Positions 37,103 to 50,293 are shown, numbered from the stretch's first letter. The stretch is 64,000 nt of DNA from Anthoceros angustus (GCA_010909165.1 VJWM01000134.1:372001-436000); one strand, 5' to 3'. Program-made: numbers and translations. The notes: a model not told the origin generated them from the letters alone.

Positions 37103-40100
37103 TTAAAAGGGGTGGAGAGGGATGACTGGCTTGCCCCCTCCTGCATTTGTTCCCACTCCTGACAAAATACCACCCACAACCACTGGAAGACCGCGACTTC
37201 TAACTGGAAGAAACTTCTCGCCGAAACGCATTTTTACACCTGAAACAAAGGACTTCTGGTTGTACCGTAACCTGAAGCTGTGAAGAGAAAGGGTGGAAAA
37301 GCTGGCAGAACGACAATGGGACCGAGAACAAAGTGTGTCTGAGGTGGTCAAACAATTCTCAATGGATATGTCATACCTTGGAAAATGAAGAGGCGGTAGA
37401 AGGCTCTTCTTGTGGCCAATGCTCTGCAGTTTTCAAAGGTCTTTTTTCAAGCCCTCGCAGCTCCCGAAGTTGTTGAGCTATTTCCTGAAGTACCTTCATC
37501 TCTCCATTCTCTCTTCTCAGGGAATCAATGGTCTGCCTCATTGACTGTCGATCTGCTTCCAGGGATTCCAGTCTGGAAATCAGACACAGAGCTTCTTCTT
37601 CCATCATCATTCTATACCTATCCCTATTCACCATCGATGCAGTGCGCCAGTCTGTATAACCTGAGGTCACTTGACTCTCAACCTCTTCCCCCTGTTCCAT
37701 GCCTGATTCCTCCAGTGCACTGGAGGCTTCAGGCTGACGTCTCTTTACACCCAACTGACCAAGACCTTGTCTCCTATTCTCTCGTTTCTTTTTTGTGATC
37801 ACCCTATTTTGCCCATGATCGGACATCCTAAAAGGATGTGGATCCGGCTTACCAAGACGATTGCTAGTCTCGTTCACTACAAAATGTTGCACAGATTCAC
37901 CCGCCCTTCCATCTACAGTTTCTTGCTCTGGGTCATTTGGCAGGGACCTTAGCTGTTCTGGCTCCGGTCGCCGATCCGCTCCATCTCCTGAAGAAACTTC
38001 ATAGACATCCAGCACTTGAGATTCAGGCGCATTCGCATATGTAGCAGAAGACTCATCGACGTTGTCCCTGAAGCCTGTCTTCAAGTTTACCATGGTCCCT
38101 GTGGCACTGGAGGAGACAATTGGCAGTCCACCAGCTGAGAATTGTGGCTCCTTGTACAAAACTAATTCTGTCGAATTTAGACCAGCCATTTCTTTCTGTG
38201 ACTGTTCCTCAATCATCTCCTGGCCTCCAGCAGCCTGCACACTTCTGTCCAGGTCTGCGGGGAGCCTTCTTCTTTCTGCAACAATTTGCACCAATAACAT
38301 CAGAAGTTGTTATTGGTGCAACACTCCAAGAGCAATGCACTCCTTTGCTTATTACTGCTCAAACTGAACACACACAAAAGCTATGACAGCCACTGCAAAA
38401 CTCTGAGAAAGTCAACACAGAGAGACGTTGAAAGAAGGTCGTTTTTTCATGCAAGCAGGAAGGTCACGCACCTTTGTCAGACACTACAAGTGACAGCCAC
38501 GCCTTGTAGTTCTATGTCCTCTTTAAGTTATAGAGCTTAATTAATCTTTCTACTGCCTTAGTGAGACCGATGCTTTTCATGGCCAAAAGTCCAAAGACAA
38601 GTATCTTCAACCAACGCTTTAAGTATCTAGGTTGTATCGTACCTTGCTCAGCACGTTCCGCTTCTTCATCTTTTTCTACCGGTTGTTCTTTCTGGGAATC
38701 TGTTAAACCCTTGGCTACTGGCGACCTTCGTGCAACCTGAGGATACGGTTTCCTTCCTAGTTGTCCTTCAAGTTTTCGGACATACTCCAACACTGACAGT
38801 CTGTTTTCCTCTAGAACCAAATTTCGGGCAGTTTCAGCATCCCTAGCAGCCTGTTGACCAGAGGAGCCTTCCGCAGGAGATTCGATCCTTGACATTCTAG
38901 CACGCTCATCTTCCAGAATGGTAAGAGCTGCAGACGATTTCAGGGCATTCAAAAGCCTTTCTCGGCTCTCGGCAATATCGCTTGTGGTTCGCTGTTCTGA
39001 CCCAAGTCTGGGATCCACACTCTGAACATTCGGGATCACACGTTCGGACTCAGGCTGGGCTGAGTCAAATAGCTCTAACAAATTCCTCCCATCCTGTTCA
39101 GAGAGGGACTCACGATGTTCACGATCCCGCATCTCTTCCTCATGTGTGTCAAGTTTGGAATCGGTTCTTGCAGGCACTGACGCAAAGTCTGCCACCTGCT
39201 CTGCTCCAGCCCCATCTACAGCATTATTTCCGCCACTCCTGCTTTCAGTTTCCGAGCAAGAGCGGTCTTCGTCTCTTCCAAAACGTCCCGCATGCGGTGA
39301 ATTCCTTTCCGATGATACCTCCTGACCAGTTGCCCACTTCTCGCCTAGAAGTCTTCTCCTGTAGATACTAACCTCATCCTCTAACGCTAACAGCTCCTGC
39401 TCCCTTTTCATCACCAGTTCCCTCAGGATAGAAATTTCCTGTTGATCATATCGCGACCTCTCTTCCGCCATCCGTTCGTACTGACGAGCTTCCATTTGGA
39501 CTACCGCCTTCTCTTCTTGCAGCCTCGCTATCATCGCCATTGCTTCGCTGGCCGCACTTGCAGATGCATTTCGCTCCTCCTCCAGTTCCATGTACAGTAT
39601 AGACAAAGCATCTCTATCCATAGGCAACGAATCTCTGCAAGCCACCTCCTTACCATCCGGATCCAACTCCCACATACGACGGTCAGGGTCCTGGTCCGAG
39701 GCATCTCCGACGCTTCCCTTCCTACCGACAGCACTACAAGCAACGCTGTCAGAGTCCAATTCACACACGGCATTGCCCTGAGAAGCATTGCCTTGCCCCT
39801 CGGCAGCCAAACCATCCATACTCCTTCCGCTCGCCGCGTGGCTCCCTTGCTCCACAGGGACAGCCCCCCCTTGGCCAGCATCGCACAAACGGTTGCTGCC
39901 GGAGACGAGCTCCATCCCTGCCCTCAGTCTCTCTACCAAATCCCTAGAGAACTTCCGCTTCAGGGACCGAATCTCGCCTGCCCCTGCACCCACCACCGGC
40001 AGATTGCAGAGCGGGCAGACCACCACAGTGCTCCCGATTTTGTTCTTAGACGCGCAGGACTTGATGGTGCTCAGCACGACTTCATCCATCACGTCCGCCT

Positions 40101-40599
40101 GCTCCCCACCAAATTGCCTGCTCTTGCTGCTCAACCCATCAAACCCAGAATCCCCACCCTGCCGTCCCTCACCCGGCGCGAGGCTCTGCTGCACTGCAAT
40201 GCCCCTCTCCGCATTCTCACCCTCAGGCGGAAAATGATCCCCCTTCCTGCAAGAGCAAGTGAGCACAGACAGCGCGCACACTTCACACAGACTACTCATC
40301 CCCAGTGCGAGGCGCGCCAAGGAGGTCCTCAGCTGCGCGACCTGCTTGGCATGATGCTCGCACAAGAGCGGCTCCGCCTCCGCCTTGTCCTCGACGGACC
40401 CGCCGAGGGGCCGGCCTCCCCCGAACGAGGCCGGCAGCTGGAGGTTAAAAGCGTGGCCCAACGTCAGACTGACGAAATACAAGAGACTGGTAACAAGGAC
40501 CAGCACAGCCAACACAAGCTCCAGAAACGCATTAACCAAGGCAGACGCTCCCCACAGATCCTGCCCGCCTATCACCTTATCAACTCTCCTGCATGCCAT
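37103..40599 (-). CDS. DUF593 / GTD-binding-domain (myosin-binding, MyoB-like) protein; 3' end uncertain
   Basis: LYMELEEERNASASAASEAMAMIARLQEEKAVVQMEARQY DUF593 core, an N-terminal TM segment and the C-terminal coiled coil ISRLESLEADRQSMRQTI. Exons ~40599-38643, 38483-38472 and 38275-37377. Confidence 0.85.
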
Positions 40600-42308
40600 C
40601 TAGCACCGGGCGGGGGCGGGGCGGCGCGCGAACACCACACAAGAACAACAACATATCTCGATTCTACTACCCCGACCACCACGACGCTTCCGCACGCGGC
40701 CGCATACTAACCCGCTACCCTCCGCGCCCGTACCTGCTCTCTCGAGAAGATAATGCACCTCTACCGTCAACACCCGGACTCCAAAATCGAATCCGAAGAT
40801 CAAGCAAATTCAGCCGGAAATCCAGCTACAACTGCGTGCAAACCAGCGAAGGATAAACCCGGCTGTCTCCCTGGCAGGCTCCGGAGCGGCCAGGCCGAAG
40901 AGCCGGAGTGCCTCGGAAATGACACCTGGCCAGAAGCAGCAGTACACCCGCTTATGAGCCCAACGAACAGCAAAGAGATGGGGTGAGGTGTCAAGCGACA
41001 ATGACAGACTTCAAGGTACATCCAGCTGCAGCTCCCAGGCACGCACACCGTTCCCAGCCGCAATCCTGCGACGACGAGGAGGCTACTGCAGCACAACCTC
41101 GCTCGTCGCTCCCCGGCCGGAACTGCTCTACAGAGGCCTCAGCATACAATTCACTACAGAAGCGTTCTCCAGCTACAGCACCTCTACAGGAAGCCGGTCC
41201 GTCCTACTAACCAACAGCTCCAATTCCCGCTTCCCAGATCCTTCCTCGACAAGCCACACATCAAACCAGAAACCAGAGCTCCAGGGAACCCTGATCCACG
41301 CAACAGTTCACCACTCCAGGCGCACACATCCAGATCCGCAGCCAATGCAGGGAATGCAAATGCAAACGGCAATCCAGAAATGCAATCCGAATTGAAATCC
41401 ACAATGCAGTCCGACATGCAAGAAGGGCGAGAAGGACGAGCGCAAACCTGGAAACAGGACGACGTGTGGCAGCAGCAGTAATGCGCCTAGGCAGCGATGA
41501 CGCTGCAGTACGGCCCTCCGGCAGGACGATCGACAGTGGAAGTGCGGGCCGGCCCGGCCCGGCTGGGCGCAGTAGTGCGGGGCGGGAGCAGGACGGACGT
41601 CACACTCCAGACTGCCCGCGTTGGCTGCGGGTTGGTGGACCCTAAATCCACATTCCCGGCTGGGGCGCTGCCGGTAGCCAGTGGCTGGCGCGCCACCGGG
41701 AAATACTAGAAACAGATTCGCGAATGGATCAAACGGGAGGCTGTGAGCTCCCGCCCTAATTCGAAAATCGAGCTGGACGCGGCATGGACATCGGCAGGGG
41801 TTCCGGGAATGGGGTAGAGCCTGCATCAAAACCACAGGCCGTTCAACCTTCCCAGAAAGGGCACCAGGCACATTGGACGGAGCAGCAGCAGCGGACATGA
41901 GGCTGTTACCTTTCCCACTTTGACTGGTCCCGATGGCCATGACTCTATTCTGGCTGCAGGCCAACCTGTGCCCACCTACCCACGGGCCATGGCTCGGGAC
42001 AAGGGTGAAGAAGGTGAGCAGAAATAGACCAGAGGACAGAGGCAGAGACGTACATATCCCATGTGCAAGATACCCAGCCGCTGCTTCACAGGTCTGGTCA
42101 GTGGGAAGTGACTCCAGCTACGAATGGCTTTGAGAGGGTGTTGGAACTGTGGAGACAAAAGAGAAGAGGAATAGAACATGACATGTGATTACCAACAAGG
42201 GCCAGCACATCAAACAGAGAATGGCATCATCCGCAAATGGTGGGTGGGCCTTTTGCAGTGTTCTGAACTGAAATACAGACCGGTCCCACGCAGACAGGAG
42301 GCAGCCCA

Positions 42309-43926
42309 TTATTGGCTGCTAGGTCGGAGGTTCAGTAGGTCCGAGATGGAGCGGACTGAGTAGCCACGTCGTCGCAATCCAGGTAGCAGTTTCCGCAAGA
42401 CCTGCGATGGAAGTGGGGGATATTTTACCAGGTCTGCGACAGCCAACTTTGACGAAGCCAGGGGAAGAAAGAGTGTGGAATTACCTGTGCCGTTTGGTGT
42501 TGCTGTGGGCTTCGGTCGTGCAATACAATGACAGCTCCAGGATGAACCTGTTGGGAGAAGAGCGGTGGTGGGAGAAACACTGAAATGAATTTCGCACTTT
42601 ACAAGAGGAGAATTGGGCTCGAATTCTCACCCTCCAGAGTAAGTACTGCGCAATGAGATTTCCCTGGGAGGTGAAGACGTTGTCGAAGGGGAACAGGGAT
42701 CCCAGAGCTGTGCGGTATCCGTGAGACTTGGCCCGCTCCACCATGGGATTCGTGAAGAAGCCATAACCCTGCATCCAATCCAGCACGTGCAGTGCTAGTG
42801 AATGGACAAGCGGTGCGCAACCACCAGGGCGAGTAGCAGGTATACTGGATCATCTTTCCGACATACAGGACGAAACCACTTGATGGGATTCCCGTCGGAG
42901 TCACGGAAGTACAATCTGTTGAGCCGGTTGTCCACGGCTACCAGCTGCTGCTCGAAATCTGTCTGTCATTGCCCCATCAGTGAGGACAAATCTCACGAGC
43001 GGCAAACTTCACAACAACAGCAGAGGCTACGCAACGGTAAAAAAGACGATGCCGGCAAAAACGGTGGAGGAGCAAAGAGCTGTGACAATACCATCGACAG
43101 ACGCCATGAAGGCTCGTCAAACATGGTGTGATTGCCGACCTCGTGGCCTGAACACATGGATGGCACAAGCTCTAGAGTCGTCATCACACTCGTAGCAACA
43201 CAGATGAGACTTCCGTCTCTTCCGCACAATTACACAGGCCATCAAAGAGCCAACAAGACATGACAGCAATTCACTTGCTCGTTCACATCAGTTCAGAGCA
43301 GATAGATGCCTTCTCTGTGTATTCGCTCCACCAAAGTAGGACAATGGTCCATATTGTGCCCTATGATGAAAAATGTTGCGTTGCTCTGATTCTCCCTCAA
43401 GATGTCCAGGAGCTGGCCACAGCAACAGCATCAAAACATCACAAGCCACAACAACAACAACAACAACAAAATCCCGTTTCCACAAAATCCTGCAAAAAAC
43501 CTACCTCAGGCGTGATGTCTTCATGCGGACCATCATCGATCGTGAGAGCCACAACCAAATCTGCATGCAAGTCCATTCAAACAAGACGGCATCATCCCCC
43601 TGCCTTTCCGCCACCCGCCCTTCACAAACCGGCAGTTTCTGCTCTTGCACCGAAGCTGCCGTACCAGTGGTTGGCTTGAGGAACAGGACATCCTGCCGCT
43701 GCCTCTGCATCCACCTCACCAACCAGGTCGGCTGGAAGGCCAACCTGCGAGTGCAACCAACACACGAGATAAAAACCCTAACCCTGCCATTCCATTTCCA
43801 TTCCCACGACAGCAAGCATTCCAGTCCATCCAATCCGACTCACGAGAATCCAATGGCAGCAATGCCGATCAAAATGGTCCCCGCCGCAGCCACCACCGCC
43901 TTGGTGCAAGCCCCAAGCAGGCCCAT
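42309..43926 (-). CDS. CE4 / NodB-homology polysaccharide deacetylase with N-terminal hydrophobic anchor, ~9 exons
   Basis: Manual splice assembly: MGLLGACTKAVVAAAGTILIGIAAIGFS-LAFQPTWLVRW...VALTIDDGP...LLDILRENQSNATFFIIG...ERIHREGHEVGNHTMFDE...KWFRPGYG...VHPGAVIVLHD...LPGLRRRGYSVRSISDLL. The NodB motifs appear in order. Only fragments show in the ORF track. Confidence 0.85.
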
Positions 43927-44592
43927 GCCCCGGTGCTCCCGCACCGCTGCGCCCTACCATTTCCCAGCCCCGCCAAATCAATCTCCAGAAATCCGAGAAC
44001 CGCCATCCCCCCGCACCCCAAAAATCCATCACACCCCAGTCCAGTGGCGACGGCGACCATAATCCGCCGCGGCCCCGCCTCGCGCTTCTTCCGCCCCCTC
44101 ACATCGACGCTCTCCCGCTCCCGCACCCGCGTCGCAGCTCCTTCCAGGAAACTGGCCCTGCTCACCCGCCTCCCGCCGCCGCTCAAAATGGGCGCGCGAT
44201 TCGCGGAGTGCGCGTCCTCAGGCCACGACGACGTCATTGCCAACGCACGACATTGGCCCCGGCAGCAAGGCCCCAGCACCTGCACCTGCACCAGCAGGCA
44301 CGCCATGGCGGAGCTCGCCCCAAGCGGAGCTCTTCCACGGGAGAGATTTTCTGAGCTCCATCTCCTAACTCATCCCAGTCTTTACAAGTTCAGTTAACGC
44401 ATTCCTAGTTAGGTTTTGTAAGGTAGCCACTTAACACTTAACGGAGCACGAAACCGTGGGCCATCATTTCTCGGCGAGCTCGAGGCACGGAGCACGCTTC
44501 ACGACATCAGGACGCGGCAGTCGTTTTCTCCTCCGACGACGGGCGAGCTTGGCAGTCTCTGTGAGGAACTGGAGCTCGGGCGGGGCGCGGCT

Positions 44593-45620
44593 ATGGCGGG
44601 CGATGAGGGAGGAGACGGAGCGGGCGGGAAGGAGGAGACGGAGCGGGCGGGAAGGAGGTGGAGGAATTTTGATCTTGGCGCGGCTGGCGCCGCAGGAGCT
44701 GGTGCAGGCGAAGCTGGTGTGCAAGGAGTGGACGAGCGTGGTGCGGGCGCAGCGGGCGAGGCAAGGTGAGCTGTAGTTCCTGTTCGCCGCGAATCAGGGC
44801 TGCGATGCGAGCCGGCCGTTGGAGGTCCGGGCCAGGCAGTGCTGGGCCTACGATCCGACGAGGAAAGTCCTGGTTCCCGACAGAGCTGCCGGCGGCCATG
44901 GACTTGCGCAAGGCGCAAGTCTGCGGCACCACGCCGAGGTCCCGGGGGGGTGGCGTTCGTGGACCGGGCGGGCTTGCAGCCTCTGAAGCCCGGGGAATCG
45001 GGCTTAAGCTTGTTGGACACCGTCTGGATCGGGAATCCGCTGCTGAGGACTTGACGACGGGTGCCGTGCTCCCGCGCGCCGCTCACGGACGTGGTGGCCC
45101 GCCGCGCGGGTAGCTTCAATCTGGTACAGCATCGGCAGACGGCGAAGCAGCGGGTGGAGGGAAGGGACGAGTTCGCCTGGGGGATGCGAGTCTTCGATTC
45201 TGTGACCGGGGAGTGGAGGGAGACGGCGGGCGTGCGGACCTCGGTCCAGGCCGGCATTCTGTGCTAGAAAGACGCCCGAGTTGGGGACTCTGGGCTTCTC
45301 TTCTACCTCAAGGCGTGGCATGACGCGGAGCTAAGGCTTCCTGTGGCCGAGGTGCCGAGGTACAGCGTGGAGAAGGATCAGTGGAGCGTGGCGGCGCGCA
45401 GGGCCCTGGCCGCATCGCGAGGGCCGTCCTCATTCCGGGACGCTCCGTGTGTTCGAGCACCAGGGTGTGATCTCTTCGCCGCATGCTGAGCACACTGCGC
45501 GCATCTTCGGCTTCTACAAGCACGACCCTGGGACGAAGGGATGGGCCTTGGACCAGGAGTCCGAGGTGCACAACATGACGGGGTTTCATGCCGGTGGCGG
45601 AGGCGGCTATGTGCAGCCCG
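44593..45620 (+). pseudogene. F-box protein pseudogene (paralog of 48835-50293)
   Basis: ILARLAPQELVQAKLVCKEW F-box remnant. Shares WVGNPL, RVFDSV and DMTGFHAGGGG segments with the downstream gene. Multiple deletions and frameshifts. Confidence 0.75.
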
Positions 45621-45779
45621 TGTGCTTCAGGAAGTTTATTGTTTTTCTCTTTCCTCTGCTGCTGCGAGTTTTCTTGGAGTTTGTGGTGGGCCTTTGTTTC
45701 CTCTTTCTTGTAAGACATCCAAGCCAAGCCAAATGCAGAACAGTACGGTGTAAACAAAACAAAAAGGGACATTCATGAG

Positions 45780-47500
45780 ATGCTCCTCCCTGCATAGCCA
45801 GCATGATATGATGGGGCATTCACCACCTGACCAGCTGCCAGCATGGAAGGGACGTATGGCCGAATTCAAGGCCGGGGAATTGCCGACCGAGCCTGGCTCA
45901 TTCGTGAGATGCTCCTTCGATGAGTGTTTCTGTCCCCGATGCTCTCACCTTTGTGTCTCTCCTGCACGCCTGTGCAGGTGTGGGTAGCCCTGGGCAGCTT
46001 TGGAGAAGGGAAAACAGAATCATGCTTAGATTGGAAAACGTGGACTTGAAGCTGATGGGTTCGAAGCCAACAGTTTGGTAAATACGGATACAAAGTGTGA
46101 CAGTGTGACAGGCGCTCAAGGACGGCTCTGATAGCAGGATATTCCCTGCAGGGCATGGGTCAGGAAGCCCTTCATCTTTACAGTTCTATGAAAGACGAGG
46201 GACTTGCTGTACCCGATGCTATGACCTTTGCGTCTCTCCTGCAAGCATGTGCATGTGTGGGCACACCAGTTCTGGAGGAGGGGAAAAAGCTACACAGACA
46301 GATTGGAGAACGAGGACTCGGAGCTGATGAAGTTCTAGGTTGCAGCGTGTCAAACATGTATGTCCACTGTGGCAGCTTAGAAGACACCAACTTGTGTTTG
46401 AGGGGCTTGCTCCAAAGAATGTTCTGACATGGACCACTCTGATAGCAGGATATTCCCAACAGGGCCTGGCCCACAAAGCCCTTCACACTTACAACAGTAT
46501 GGAAGAAGAAGCTATCACCGCACCGGCCATGACCGCCCCGGATTCTGTGACATTTGTGTGCCTCGTGCAGGCATGTGCAAGCGTGGGGACCTCAGGTTTG
46601 GAGAAGGGGAGGCAATTTCATGCACAAATTAGACGCGAGGGCTTGAAGCTGATGTGCCTGTTGCCAGCAGTCTGGTGAACATGTACGCAAAGTTTGGCAG
46701 CCTAGAGGATGCCCAGAGTGTGTTCGACGGACTTGGTTGAAAAAGTTTGCTGACATGGAATGCCATGATAGGAGGTTATTCCCAGGAAGGAAATGGGGCA
46801 AGAAGCCCTTTCTCTTTCTGTGACATTTATGTGCCTTCTGCAGGCTTGTGCAGGTGTGGGTATCGCAGCTTTGGAGGAGGGGAAGCAGCCACATAGGAGG
46901 AGAGCTTCAGTATGATGTTGTCGTAGGTTGCAGCCTGGTAAACATGTACGCAAAGTGTGGCAGTCTAGAGGACGTGTTTGATAGGCTCCCTCAAAAACAT
47001 CTGGTGACGTGGACTGCGCCGATTGTAGGATATGTTCCGCAGGGCATGGGTCAGCAAGCCCTTTCATCTTTTTTAGTGCTATTCAAGAAGGAGGCATGGC
47101 TGCACCCATTTCTGTGACATTTGTGTCCCCTGCAGGCATGTGCCAGTGGGGGCAGCCCCGCTCTGGAGAAGGGAAAGCAGGTTCATGTACAGATTGGAGA
47201 ACAAGGGCTTGCAGTTTGATGTGACTGTTGGCAACAATTTGACAAACATGTATGCAAAGTGTGGCAGCCTAGAGGAGGCTCACAATTCATTTGAAAATCT
47301 GCAAAAAGGACGTGGTGCAATGGACCGCACTCGTTGCAGGCTATTTCCATCAGGCATGGGTAAGGAAGGCCTTCATCTATACCGGGCCCGCTATGCAAGA
47401 AGAGGGAATTGCTGTACCTCATTGTGTGACATTTTTGTGCCTCCTGCACGCATGTGCAAGTGTGGGCATCCCCGCTCTGGAGACAGGAGAACAGCTTCAC
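45780..47500 (+). pseudogene. PLS-class pentatricopeptide repeat (PPR) pseudogene
   Basis: Repeated LVNMYAKCGSLEDA, TFASLLQACACVG and TWTTLIAGY motifs, in shifting frames with stops. Confidence 0.85.
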
Positions 47501-47509
47501 TGACAGTGC

Positions 47510-48070
47510 TACTGAACGAACACGCGGTGCGCAAGGCAGGCGCAGCAGGCATGCTGCATCACCTTCCCAAATACTGGACGAAACCACTTGATGGGATTCC
47601 CGTCGAAGTCATGGGAGGGGTATTTGTCGAGCCGGTTGCCCACAGCTACCAGCTGCTGCTCGAAATCTTGGTGAGGACAAATCTCAAGAGCGGCATCACA
47701 ACTAAAGCAGAGGCTACGCAATGGGAGAAGATGAGGATGCTGGTGGAGTAGCGAAAACCTGTGCCAACATCATCGAAAGACGCCCTGAAGGCCCGTCAAA
47801 CATGGTGTGATTGCCGACCTCGTGGCCTGAACATGTACATGTATGGAACACGCTCTAGAGTCTTCATTACACTTGTAGCAACACAGATGAGACTTCCCTC
47901 TCTTCCGCACCACTAACAGACCAACAAAGAGCCAACAACACCATGGCAGCAACACACTTGCTCGTTGAGATCAACGCAGATCAATCGTTCAGCCTTGTCT
48001 GTGTATTCGCTCCATCAGATTGGGACAATGGTCGACGTCGCGTCCATTGAGGAACGTGTTTCCATCGCCC
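47510..48070 (-). pseudogene. Truncated paralog of the polysaccharide deacetylase
   Basis: DFEQQLVAVGNRL...DGNPIKWFRP and DHCPNLMERIHRQG are homologous to 42850-43360, including the same introns. Confidence 0.75.
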
Positions 48071-48834
48071 TCCAGAGTGCGTTGGCAATTAAACTACTTG
48101 GAATGCGGAGACGCGGCATCTTTCGGCTCCGGTGGCAAGTAGGCCCTTCTCTATTCCAGACTAGGACATCTGGGGGCGATTGGTAGCTCCAGGGTAGACA
48201 CAGGCGGGGCTAGTCCCCTTAGGCCTGGGCCCTCTAGTGGGTTGTTCCCCACCGCCTCGGTGTAGATGGGATGGGACTTCCCACCACATGAGACTTCCCA
48301 TGTCTGCATATTGATGAAGTCTCCATATTCCCCCGACGGATTCTCCCTCGGGAGCTGGCCATTGTCACAGCATCTAAACATCACAAGCCACAGCAGAAAA
48401 GAACTCCCGTCTGAGCTATCAAATTTGGCCCCGGCGGCAGGGCCCCAGCAGCAAGAAGGCCGCACCCAGAAGGCAGGCCATGGCTCGCTGGGAGCTCCAT
48501 CTCAAACTCTCCAACTCAACGAATCCCTTCAGCTAATTTTCCCTCGGAGGTACATACAGTGAACCGACCAATTAAAAGATGGGTTTGTTGTTGCACCGTG
48601 CACGGGAACAGATCGCATCATGGCCGGTGCGGCGAGCCGTGGTGGGCCATCATTTGTGGGCGAGGTCGATGAAGCAGAATCGACTAGACGACATGACGAT
48701 GCGGCAGTCGGTTGTCCTTCCACGACGTTGTTACCGTTATAAATACACGGAGCGAGCTAAGCAGTGCGAGTGCGAGTGTGAGTGCGAGAGAGTATTGCGT
48801 GAGGGAGAAGGTGGAGCTCGGGCGGGCCGCGGCC

Positions 48835-50293
48835 ATGGCGGACCAGGCGGGAGGAGACGGCGCGGGGGAAGACGGCGAGGTGGTGAAGGGGCTGAACCAG
48901 CTGAGCGACGAGGAGGATCTGCTGGGGAACATCTTGGCGCGGCTGTACCCGCAGGCGCTGGTGCAGGCGCAGCTGGTGTGCAAGAAGTGGAACGTGGTGG
49001 TGCGGGGGCAGCGGGCGAAGCAGGGCGCGCCCTGGTTCCTGCTCAACGCCAATCTGCGCTGCGGGAGCGCGGCCTTCGACTCCCGCCGCCCCTTCCTCCC
49101 GGGGCCGGAGTGGTGGGAGTTCCCGTGCGGGGAATTTCCGCACTGCTGGGCCTACGATCCGGGCCTGGAGCGCTGGTTTCGGGTGTCGCTGCCGGCGTCC
49201 GTGGATTACCGGCATGTGCACTTCTGCGGGGCCACGGCGGGCTCCGGCGTGGTGGCGTTCGTGGAGCGGGTAGGGTTCCGGCATCTGGAGTTCTCGCGGG
49301 CCACGGATCTGGTCCCGGAGCTGGACCGGGGGCAGGGGAAGGTGGCGGATCTGAACGCGCTGGCGGCGGAGGCGGCGGCCGTGGATCCCTGCGTCTACGA
49401 CACGGTGTGGGTGGGGAATCCGCTGCGGAAGGCGTGGCGGCGGGTGCCGTGCTACCGCGCGCCCCTCACGGACGTGGTGGTCTCTCGCACGGGAGCTTCA
49501 AGGTGGTGCAGCACCGCCAAACGGCAGCGCGGCGGGTGCCGTTGCAGGCATTCAGACAGGGCGAGAAGCTGGTGGACGAGTGCGCCTGGGGACGCGGGTG
49601 TTCGATTCCGTGAGTGGGAGGTGGACGGAGGCCGCGCCGGTTCGGACTTCGGCCCCGGCCTCGAACGAGCGGTGCGATGGCAGCCGCGTCGGGGACGGCG
49701 GACTCGTCTTCTACCTCAAGGCGGAACATGTGGCGGAGTTAGGGCTTCCCGTCGTGGAGGTGCTGAGCTACAGCGTGGAGCGGGATCGGTGGAGCGTCCC
49801 GGCGCCCGCCGCGCCCGTCTCGCATCCCGAGGGCCGGCCTTGCTGCAAGACTCTGCGCGTTTTCGTACACCAGGGCGCGGTGGAGGTGCTGGCGGGGATC
49901 TCTGTGCCTGGCAACCGGGACCACGGGGTCCGCCTCTTCGGGTTCTACAGGTATGACGCCGGGGCCAACGGATGGGCGTGGGACAAGGAGTCCGAGGTGC
50001 GGCTGCTGGATCATTTCTACGAGATCGAGGTGTGGGACATGACGGGATTCCATGCCGTGGGCGGAGGCGGGTACGTGCAGCTCGTGTGCTCCAGGAACAA
50101 CGTGAACGCGCAGAAGCGGGGGCCTCCCTTCTTGGAGGTGTTGAACTACGAGGCCAGCTCCAAGCGCTGGACCAAGCAGCGCTCCATGTACTACCCTGAC
50201 TACCCTCATCGAAGCGTCTGCTATAAGTTCTGGCAGGATGAGTTCGTCGGCTTCCATCCCAGGCTCGATGCGGGCACATCCACCGAGTCCTGA
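48835..50293 (+). CDS. F-box protein with beta-propeller-like C-terminus; two apparent frameshifts near 49495-49590
   Basis: LSDEEDLLGNILARLYPQALVQAQLVCKKWN F-box. Continues in ORF 49580-50293 to a FVGFHPRL end. The frameshifts may be sequencing errors. Confidence 0.75.

Noticed and set aside
39442-40710. 422-aa plus-strand ORF
   Set aside because: Antisense shadow of the GC-rich DUF593 exon. No recognisable motifs.
41308-41964. 218-aa ORF upstream of the DUF593 gene
   Set aside because: Low-complexity translation with no domain. Likely 5' UTR/intron or chance ORF.
48579-49613. Gly/Arg-rich 344-aa ORF
   Set aside because: Alternative frame of the GC-rich F-box gene.
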